In this document: piece after piece, positions 19,609-29,300 of the stretch
Layout of the letters: every line of letters begins with the position of its first letter
Position numbering within the stretch: position 1 is the stretch's first letter
Assembly (NCBI GenBank): GCA_045535235.1
Contig: JAZSLG010000056.1
Location: forward strand, 1 to 63,753
DNA: 63,753 nucleotides
Direction of reading: 5' to 3'
Source of the DNA: Candidatus Stercoripulliclostridium sp.
Lineage (GTDB): Bacteria > Bacillota > Clostridia > Christensenellales > DTU072
Program-made: the position numbers and the translations under genes
The notes under the pieces: model-generated
The model's database searches: none
Seen by the model: the letters and a program-made list of their open reading frames with translations, nothing else
Told to the model about the DNA's origin: nothing

Positions 19609-20820
19609 ATGAAAAGATTTTTAATTATTTTATTTGCTATTTGCTTTGCGGTTATATTAGCTTTAACACCGACTATTATTGCTGGTGCAAAGCCTGAAAA
19701 TGATGGTAAAACACCAAATAAATCTAACCTAAAAGCTATTGGGAATTATAATTCTCGCTCATCATTCGTAATCGATTATAATACTGAGCAAGTACTATAC
19801 GAAAGAAATGCCGACGCTAAATATCCAATTGCCAGCATGGTTAAAATCATGACGTTAAATATAGTTTTTGATGAAATCGACAAAGGAAGATTATCGTTTG
19901 ATGAAAAAATTACCATTAGTGAAAACGCATCTGGTATGGGTGGCTCTCAAATGTTCTTAGATACCGGTCTAGATTATTCCGTTAGCGATTTAATAAAGGG
20001 TGTAACCGTTGTTTCTGCTAATGATGCAAGCGTAGCTTTAGCCGAAAAAATAAGTGGATCAGTTGAAGTTTTTATTGAATTAATGAATGAAAAAGCATTA
20101 GAGTTTGGCATGCAAAATACACGTTTCGTAAACGTAACCGGACTACCTCAAGAGGGACAATACAGTACTGCTCGTGACGTTACGAAAATGATGAAAAATC
20201 TGCTAAAACATCCAAAATACTATGATTTTTCTACTATTTATTTGGAAAATTATACCCATCCAGACGGTAGGACCACAGAGCTTACTAATACTAACAAATT
20301 GGTAAGATTTTATAAGGGATGCGACGGTGGCAAAACAGGATTTACAAACGATGCAATGTTCTGCTTGTCAGCCACCGCTAAAAGAGAAGATACAAGAGTA
20401 ATCGCAACCGTACTTGGTGCCAAAAGCAGTAAGGAAAGAAACAAAGAAATAACCGAACTATTTAATTATGCCTTTGCCAACTATCGTAATGTTAAAATAT
20501 TAGATAAAAACAATCCAATCCCGACGGAAATAATCATTAAAGGCGCAAAAAATAATAAGGTTGAAGTTTCGGTTAATAAAGACGTTTTCATTCTTGCAAA
20601 ACGAGGAGAAAAGCCCGATTTTGATATTGAAATAAGTATTAATGAAAACTTAAAAGCTCCAATATCAAAAGGTGAGAAAATAGGGGTGATTAATCTTGTC
20701 GATACTAAAACAAAGGAAATAAAAGAACAAGCCGACTTAGTAACGCTAAACGATATTGAATGTAAATCCTATTTAGATGGACTCAAAGAAATTCTTGAAA
20801 ATTGGTTCATTGGGGCGTAA
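19609..20820 (+). CDS. D-alanyl-D-alanine carboxypeptidase (S11, DacB/DacF-like)
   Basis: SxxK (ASMVKIMT), SxN (SANDAS) and KTG (GKTGFT) motifs plus a signal peptide. ATG 19609 follows GAGAGG; the track ORF opens at TTG 19603. Confidence 0.8.
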   Translation: MKRFLIILFAICFAVILALTPTIIAGAKPENDGKTPNKSNLKAIGNYNSRSSFVIDYNTEQVLYERNADAKYPIASMVKIMTLNIVFDEIDKGRLSFDEKITISENASGMGGSQMFLDTGLDYSVSDLIKGVTVVSANDASVALAEKISGSVEVFIELMNEKALEFGMQNTRFVNVTGLPQEGQYSTARDVTKMMKNLLKHPKYYDFSTIYLENYTHPDGRTTELTNTNKLVRFYKGCDGGKTGFTNDAMFCLSATAKREDTRVIATVLGAKSSKERNKEITELFNYAFANYRNVKILDKNNPIPTEIIIKGAKNNKVEVSVNKDVFILAKRGEKPDFDIEISINENLKAPISKGEKIGVINLVDTKTKEIKEQADLVTLNDIECKSYLDGLKEILENWFIGA

Positions 20821-20846
20821 TATCGGTATAATTTTAGTAAAATATA

Positions 20847-20876
20847 TAGCGCGTGTGTATGCACGCGCTATTTTTT
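20847..20876 (+). terminator. Rho-independent terminator
   Basis: TAGCGCGTG-tgtatg-CACGCGCTA 9-bp GC-rich stem followed by T6. Confidence 0.75.
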
Positions 20877-20901
20877 ATGTTAAATTAAGTGCGTACACGT
20901 G

Positions 20902-20930
20902 TTGACACGCGCACGTATTTATTATATAAT
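20902..20930 (+). promoter_or_regulatory. Consensus sigma-A promoter upstream of the M50 protease-scpAB genes
   Basis: TTGACA (20902-20907), a 17-nt spacer, then TATAAT (20925-20930). Confidence 0.6.
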
Positions 20931-20957
20931 GAGACCATAAATTACTAGTAGGTAGAC

Positions 20958-21692
20958 ATGTTTATACTTAACCTCCTCCGTGCCGAAGGTAGTATTTCGG
21001 ACAAAATCATAGTTGCACTTGCATTTGTTTTAGTTGCTACTTTCTCTATCGTAGTTCACGAAGTAGCACACGGTTTCGTTGCAAAACTTAATGGTGACCT
21101 TACCGCGAAGGAAAGAGGTAGGTTAACGCTTAATCCCGTTGCACACTTAGACCCCATCGGCGTTGCTATGATGCTTCTAGTAGGATTTGGTTGGGCTAAA
21201 CCCGTTCCTATCAATCCAAACAACTTTACCAAACGCAAAAGGGGAATATTTACCGTTTCTATTGCAGGCGTTTGCTCCAATCTTATAATAGCAGGCGTTT
21301 GCTTACTTTTGTATTTCTTGTTATATCCGGTTATAGTAAAAACAATGTATGCCTCAGGCACAAACGCGATAGTGAGCGTTTTATTAAATTTTGTATATTC
21401 TTTGTTAATATTAGGCGTTCAACTCAATTTTATGCTCGCACTATTTAATCTTTTACCAATATATCCGCTTGATGGCTTTAACGTAGTTAATTCGTTTTTA
21501 CCCTATGGTAACGGATACCAAAAGTTTATGGTAAAATACGGCTCGTTCGTATTAATTGGGTTAATAGTCATAGGAAACGTTGGAAACATATTTGGAATTA
21601 AATGGCTAAACATTTTCTCATTGTTTGGTGATTTGATTTCCACAATGATAGATAAAGTAACGATACAATCGATAAAAATATTCTTAATGTAA
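20958..21692 (+). CDS. Site-2 protease family membrane metalloprotease (peptidase M50)
   Basis: 244 aa, polytopic, with HExxH (VHEVAHG) and a second motif NLLPIYPLDG. Confidence 0.75.
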   Translation: MFILNLLRAEGSISDKIIVALAFVLVATFSIVVHEVAHGFVAKLNGDLTAKERGRLTLNPVAHLDPIGVAMMLLVGFGWAKPVPINPNNFTKRKRGIFTVSIAGVCSNLIIAGVCLLLYFLLYPVIVKTMYASGTNAIVSVLLNFVYSLLILGVQLNFMLALFNLLPIYPLDGFNVVNSFLPYGNGYQKFMVKYGSFVLIGLIVIGNVGNIFGIKWLNIFSLFGDLISTMIDKVTIQSIKIFLM

Positions 21693-21694
21693 AA

Positions 21695-22564
21695 ATGATA
21701 GAAGAAATTACCACTACAAACGAAGAGTTAATCACGGATAGCGTAGAAATCGAACCCGAGGTAAGCACTTCCAAATTATCCTTCTTAAACCTCTCGTATC
21801 ACTTGTACGAAGAGGACGTTGCTCTTGATAAATTACTTGATATTTGCAAGCAAAATAAAGTAGCAATAAGGGATATTTTTATTTCCGATATAACCCAACA
21901 ATATTTGGATTACGTTGTTGAATTGACCAAAGAAGAGCGCAATTACGACGATATTGCGGACTTTTTAGTATTGGCAGCGACTTTAATTGAGTTTAAGGCT
22001 AACTCTTTACTACCCAATTTGGACTTTGACGATAGTGATTTGGACGAGTTTATTTCTGACGAGGAACTATTCTTTAGACGCGCAGAAGAGTACGCCGCTT
22101 ATAGGAATGCCGCTGAAAAAATGCAAGAACTTGAAATCTTAAATCGCTTTTATCGCGAGCCCGTTTTTGGTGAAAACGAATATAAACTTGTTATAAAAGA
22201 CTTTTCTCTTCAAAAAATGATAGATGCTTTTTCAAGAATGTTGGAAAGGGCAGAGTTTGAAGAGGATAAGCACGTTGAAAAGACCATACCTAACGAACGT
22301 TTTACCGTTGCCGATAGGGTTATAGACGTAGTGGAAGCTTTAAGAGTATATCGCAAGCTAAAATTATTAGATTTATTCGATCCCGATTTTAGCAAACTGG
22401 AAATCATTAACACTTTCCTTGCGGTTTTGGAGCTTTGTAAACAACAAGTAGCCACTATATCACAAGAAACCGCCGAAGCGGAAATCTTCGTTGAAGCAAC
22501 TCAAAATACCGATTCATTTAACGTACAGGAGGACGTATTAAACGATGCCGTTGAATATAATTGA
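21695..22564 (+). CDS. scpA: Segregation and condensation protein A
   Basis: 289-aa kleisin-like protein (DIFISDITQQYLDYV, LDLFD...EIINTFLAVLEL) followed by scpB. Confidence 0.8.
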   Translation: MIEEITTTNEELITDSVEIEPEVSTSKLSFLNLSYHLYEEDVALDKLLDICKQNKVAIRDIFISDITQQYLDYVVELTKEERNYDDIADFLVLAATLIEFKANSLLPNLDFDDSDLDEFISDEELFFRRAEEYAAYRNAAEKMQELEILNRFYREPVFGENEYKLVIKDFSLQKMIDAFSRMLERAEFEEDKHVEKTIPNERFTVADRVIDVVEALRVYRKLKLLDLFDPDFSKLEIINTFLAVLELCKQQVATISQETAEAEIFVEATQNTDSFNVQEDVLNDAVEYN

Positions 22565-23243
22565 GTCTTTGATATTTGCAAGCGGACACGGCATGCATCG
22601 TGACGATATTATCAAAGGTCTTAAAGATAAATATGCAAAAAAAGATATTGAGAAAGCTCTCGATACTCTTAAAGCACAATATTCGGGTGAACGCGGAATA
22701 CATCTAATCGTTGCAAATAACGTTTATCAATTCCAATCAAATCCCGCACATGGAGAATTGCTTGCTGACTTACTATTGGAAACCAGAGAACGTCAACTTT
22801 CCAAAACCTTGTTACAAGTTCTAGCTATCGTTGCTTATAAGCAACCCGTTACTAGAACGGAAATAGAGGACTTGCGTGGCGTAGGTAGTGATTACGTTAT
22901 CGCCATGTTATTAAAACTTAACCTCATAGAAGCCGTTGGTAGAAAAGATACCATCGGTAAGCCAATTCTTTACGGAACAACCAATGAATTTCTAAAAAAA
23001 TTCGGTCTGGAAAGTTTGGAAGAGTTGCCCGATTACGACGACCTTATGCTTAAAATTAAGAACAACTTTGAAAAGTATTACGCAAAGGAAAACACCTTGT
23101 TCCGCGACCGTAATATTGATATGACACATCCGGACGACGATTCTGATGGAGACGATAGTTTACCTGATGAAGATTACTTTGGCGACGACAACGACGATAT
23201 TCCCGATTTCCTAGACGGTGAAGATATCGTAGAAATAGATTAA
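22545..23243 (+). CDS. scpB: Segregation and condensation protein B
   Basis: IESLIFASG start, LLQVLAIVAYKQPVTRTEIEDLRGV wHTH and an acidic C-terminal tail. 20-nt overlap with scpA. Confidence 0.85.
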   Translation: MPLNIIESLIFASGHGMHRDDIIKGLKDKYAKKDIEKALDTLKAQYSGERGIHLIVANNVYQFQSNPAHGELLADLLLETRERQLSKTLLQVLAIVAYKQPVTRTEIEDLRGVGSDYVIAMLLKLNLIEAVGRKDTIGKPILYGTTNEFLKKFGLESLEELPDYDDLMLKIKNNFEKYYAKENTLFRDRNIDMTHPDDDSDGDDSLPDEDYFGDDNDDIPDFLDGEDIVEID

Positions 23244-23255
23244 CAATTATTAACC

Positions 23256-23276
23256 AAACACTAAACACTAAACACT
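23256..23276 (+). repeat. Three tandem copies of the heptamer AAACACT
   Basis: Direct reading gives AAACACT AAACACT AAACACT, 30 nt upstream of the giant ORF start. Confidence 0.8.
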
Positions 23277-23306
23277 AAAAATTGACATCGATTAAGGAGC
23301 TAAACG

Positions 23307-26300
23307 ATGCAAAGAATATTTACTAACATTAAGTTCAACTATCGTACAGTTATTTCCATTGTGGTGATAATTTGCTTATTTGCGTTAGGTTTTGCCTTAT
23401 CTGCTACCCTTCCTCAAATAACCAATGAAGAGACTATCGTTGCAAAAGCGGATACAACCATAAATGCAGGTAACTACCGTCAAGTCATGCAAAATAACGG
23501 CGGTACTGGTACGATATCTGGCACTTTCGTTTTAAGTAGCGACATCAGTATATCACCTTCTATTGGATACAACGTTTCTACTTTTAACGGTACTTTTGAT
23601 GGGCAAGGACACACCATTTACGTTACCGGTTCCGCTAATCACGACGCTCCAAATAACCAAGACAATTATATCGGTTTTCTTTTTGGAACGCTAGGTAGTA
23701 GCGCTGTCGTAAAAAACGTTAATATCTCATGGTCCGCTTATTGGAACGTTAGAGAGTCTAACAACGTTACTTCTGGTTCTTATACAGGAAACGGAAGTAC
23801 AACGTTATACCTTGGTGGACTTTGCGCCCTAGCAAAAAGTGGGGCGAGAATAGAAAACGTTACCTTCACGTTAACTAGTACTATTGCAGGAATTGGTAAA
23901 GATACTGGTACAAACCACGAAACCCAAACCAGTGGACAAGGCGCTGTCGTTGGCGCCATGGTAGGCCGTTCACAAGGTGCGAGACTTACTAATATCCGTT
24001 TTAATAATAATGGCTCAGTTTATGCTAGAGGACATAACGTTAGTGCCGGTTCATACCGTAAGGGCGGTGGAGTTATTCTTTCTACGGACAACCGTCCTGA
24101 TAGGGCCGTTGCCGGTGGAATAATTGGTGAATTAGAATCTGGTTCAACCGTTATTAACAATCTTTATTATGGAGGCTCCGGCTTCGTTGGCGCTGCAACT
24201 ACGGGCTATACTACATACGTTAACGTTAGAAGCGGAGAGAATCAGGTTTTTGCTTTGCATGTTATTAATTTTGCCGGCGGAATTTTAGGCTTTAATTACG
24301 GTAGTAATGCTACCCTCACTATAAACGGTATGATTTACAATTACAGCGGTAGATGTTACGTAAAAGAATCAACCGAAAATTCCGGTAAAACTGTAGGAAC
24401 CATATTAGGTAAGGGTGGCGGTCTTACCATAAACGGTTTATGGCGTCGTACCGACGATAGCTCCAGTTCAAGTGGTGTTGGTACACTTTCTTACTTTAGT
24501 GAGACCTCCGGTCCTTCTTATACAGGGGCAGGCGCGTTAAGCGTTGAAAAAACTGTTGCTTCTTCTTCATTTACTAACGTAGCACAAGGTCCAACTTCTG
24601 CGCAAAGCAATACGTACAACTTGAAAGAATACAAACCAACAGCTTACTATTTGGGCGAATCGGTAAGCTTCGCTACCGGTATTATATCAGGTATTGAAAA
24701 CGGATATTTAACTATCGACGCCGTTTCCAACGATCCCAAATATTATATTTCCGCTTTAACTTACAATACTGTTTATAACGGCACTTACACATCACACAAT
24801 TATTATGAACATCTTGTAAATTCCGTTACCTTTGAGGCAAACGAATATAAAATACCTTACACTTGCTATGAGTTTAAGGTTGTTTTAGCAACAACTTCCG
24901 CTACTTTAGAATTTAAGCAAAGTACCGGTAATAAATCATACGATACTCTTGGTATAACCTTTGAAGGTGCAGCTAACAAAGATAATAAAAAGCTATTAAG
25001 TGATTTATATTGGGCTTCCGAACACGATACTAATCCTCAAAATAACACAAGAGGTCTTTTGGGTAGTTACCAAGTAACGACTAGCCCGAACGTTGGTACG
25101 TACAGTATGGCGCTTTACCGTTATGATGCTAAAACCGGTACTTCAACCAAACTTAAAAACGGCGATGGTCTCGGTTCTAACTTAGAAGACGCACCATCTA
25201 CGATTTATATTTATAACGACGACCTAATCGCCGATTGTAAGTATACAATTTCTCGTGCCGAAGTAGATCTAGTTCCACTTTCTAACCCATACACAAGACA
25301 ATACGACGCTACTTCAAAGGTAGATGGCAACAGCTTAATTTATAAATCACATTATGGTTTTTATCTAGCAGGAACAACTAACGAACCTAAAGATACACCG
25401 CAATTTACTATTGGTTCAGGTGATTTCTACGATTCAACAGGCACCACCCTAGACGGCTCCGTTGGAGCAAATAAAATAGTTAAAATATCGGGTATTGAAG
25501 TAACCGGTAACTATATTCTTTCTAAAAATTCCGGTACTACTTTAACGTTATATAATTGTATTATTACCGAAAGAGTACTCGATTGTCAGTGGCTAGAATA
25601 TTCTCTTTCCCAAACTTACAATGGTTCTTTATTAACACCCAGCATTGAAGCTACCAACTTGATTCCCGGCGATACCGTATTCTTCACTGTAACAGTTTAC
25701 GATACCATCCAAGATGCTATTAGTAAAAATCCCGTTACCGGAGTAACGAATGTTAAAGACGGTAGTAAAGGTGATACCGACTATTACGTCGTTAGGGCGA
25801 CGATAGCCTCTAACCCCAACTATATTATTCAAGGTGGTTACGCTCAAGCATACATGTACGTAACGAAGAAAGAAATAGGGCTCACTTGGACTTCTTTTGA
25901 AAAGACTTTCGAATATGCAGACCAACAAGTTACTTGCGTGGTAACCAACGCCAATACCGTAATACCTTCCGGCGAAGACGTAGGTTTACAAATTTCATAT
26001 TATCACAATGAGACAGCACAAACGACGGCACTACGAAACGCCGGCACTTACGTTGCAACTGCTTCTATCACCAATGAAAACTTCGTTTTAAGCGAGGCTA
26101 CTCGTACCTTTAGTAACATTAAGATTAATCCAATTGCGCTTGACGTGGTTTTCTATACCGGCAAAGATTACTCCAGCAACGTCGTTCAAAGTTTAGTTTA
26201 TAAAGGAGCTTCTTACGTTGGCGACGAGGAGGGTTTACATGCTAAAATAGCACCCAACTCAACCGGTAAAGGTCTAATTGACGCCAATATTAGTATTTCT

Positions 26301-29300
26301 TATAGCGGTGACGTGAAGAACGTAGCTACCTATACCGCAACCGCTTCCTTCGTTGATAGCGACGAAAACTTGAACGAAGACATTATTATCACGAATTATT
26401 CCGTAAAAAATTCTCAACAAGCATTGCAAGTAGTTCAACGCGACATTACTTTAACTTACGGACAAGATAGTTTTGAATATGACGGAGATATTAATGGTAA
26501 GACCATTACCGCCTCAATAGACGAAGGTAGATGCGATGGTGATATTATTACCGTCCGTGGCGACGTTTACGTTTTGTCGGGCTCTGAGTACGTTAAAACG
26601 ACAGCAATCAATGCCGGAAGCTATATCGTACAATACACTCTAAACAATTCAAATTACAAAATTAAATCCGGTTACGCTTCACGTAACTTAACTATTACGC
26701 AATACGACATATCACAAGCAAATACTAAAGCTCAAATTGAAGATATTGCCGACGTAGAATATACCGGTTATGAAATTACTCCTAACGTTATTGTTAAATT
26801 TAACGGCAATCAAATGCAATCTGAAAACTTTGTTGTATCCGTTACTAATAATAAAGTAGTAGGTACCGCTAACGTTACCGTTACAGGAAAGAACAACTTC
26901 AAAGGTAATTTGTATTCCACCTTCACCATTACCAAGGCATTACTAACCGTTAAGTTTACTTCACCCACCTCCTTACAATATAACGGCAACGTTCAAAACG
27001 TTACGGCTATCTTTGAAGGATACAAAGCAAACGACCCGGAAATTGCCATGTTGATTAGCTACGAAGGTAGTAAAATACCAAAGGATAAAGGTACCTACAC
27101 GGCCACCGTGTCCTTTGATGGAAACCCACAAAACTATACTCTTTCCGAGTACGAAAAAGATAGACAACACACCTTTGAAATTACCGAAAAACCCATAGAA
27201 ATCACCTTTAGCGGTTATAACGGTTTAATCTACAATGGTACAAACCGTAAATATAACGCAACTACTAATCCTGATGGTATTAAAGTAGCCTTCAAAGACG
27301 ATAGCAGTATTTATCCTAACGATAAACTTAGCTTAAGTTTGGAATTTAGAAACGTTTCTACCAACCAAATTGAAGACCCCACTAATGCCGGCACCTATAC
27401 GGCAACAGCTGAATTAACAGGGGACTCAAAAGCAAACTACACGTTGAGTAAAGACAATCCCACAAGTATTAGATTTACTATTGATAAATATCTAATCGAT
27501 ATAATTTATAATCTCGCGACAGTAAGTCACGTCTATTCTGCATCCGAGAAAAAAGCAACCTATACTATTTCCGAAGAAACTCCTTTAATTATCAACCCAA
27601 CTACGGGACTTGAAGAAGGAGCCAATATAGTACTAAGGTATAAGAACTTGGATTCCGAGCAAACAATTAACGGCAATCCCGTTAATGCAGGTAGTTATCA
27701 AATCGTAGCAAGTATTGGAAATAGCAACTATACCACCGATACGACGAAAGTACAAAACTTTGTAATTCGTAAAGCTCCATTGGAAGTATCTCACAACTTA
27801 GTAAACGGCGGTGTTTACTACTACGAGGCTAAAGAAATTAACATTAGCTATAGTTACACTAACTCCACGGGAACCTTTGGTGGCGATACGTTTAGCTTAG
27901 TATCCACTTACTACGATGCAACTAATACGATTACCGATGCTTGCATCAATGCAGGAAGTTACAAAGTAACCTCACAACTTCCTACAAATAACGTAATGGC
28001 TAATAACTATTACATAAGCAATCCCGACGAGGAAGGTGGCCTTACCCACAGTTCGACCTTTGTTATTAAGCCCAGATATATTAGCGTTAAGTTCGATATG
28101 AACAGTAACAATAATACCTATTACTATAACGGACTAGAACGCGTTGTAACCGCTGATATTGGAGAAAACAACGGCTTTATTGACGATAGCGAATATACTA
28201 ATAATAGTGGCGTAATGAACGATGAAAATGAAAGGGTTGAGGCAGTTACGTTCTTGGTTAAAACCTATCTTGGTACCGTTATAAGCGATGAATACCTTGT
28301 TCCTTATATTAAGGATAAAGGAACTTATACGGCTACTGCGGTACTTGATCCAAACAATCCCGTTAACGTCAACTATACCATATACGAAGGAGATCAAAGG
28401 GTTTACCCAACGACTTCTACCATAATAATCAACCCAAAAGAAATCGTATTTAAGTCCAATACCGTAAACTTCTCCAAAACCTACGGTGATAACGACCCAA
28501 GATTTATTCTACAACTTACCTCCGAAAATACTAACGGTGGTTTGTACGATACCGATGAAATTTACGTTCAAATGATACGTATCCCCGGCGAAACAGTCGG
28601 TAGTTACAATTATAGCGGTTTCAATTTCGTTAAAAAGATAGTGGGCGAAAACAATAACGTTTCTTACGAAACCATTAATCCCGAAGACGTGGATAGCAAC
28701 TATGATATTCAATATTATGGAAATAGTGGTGAAACCGATAGATTTGTAATAAACGTTAAGAGAATTTCATTCGACGCTCAAAAATTTGAGTTCGATTACA
28801 AAACCGATATTGTAAATCTAATTCAAGAAATACAACTTAACCTTCCCGCAATAGGAGACGTACTAGTAAGAATAAAACTTCAACCTATTAACGAACTAAT
28901 TAAGAATGGTATTGATGCAGGCACCTACGACCTTGCTTCTTCATTCAAAGAAGTAAACGCTTTGGGCGATGAAGAAGATAACCCCAACATTGAATGTGAA
29001 ATGAACGAGGGTTCTAATAAGGGCAAGTTAATCGTTATTGGACGTAGCGTTAAAGTATTGCTTTATAACGTTCCTAATGATATTGAAAAAGACATTTATA
29101 CTTTCACAAACAATACTTATTATATTACCTACGGCGACACATTTGAACACGAAGATGGTACGACTTCCTACGACCCCGATTATTACTATGGTATATCAAT
29201 TGATTACGCAAATTGCGACCCCAGTATAACCGAGACTACCTATAAGAGCTTCGTGCGCATTACTCGTGAAGCAATTACTAACTCTTATATCCAAGGTATT

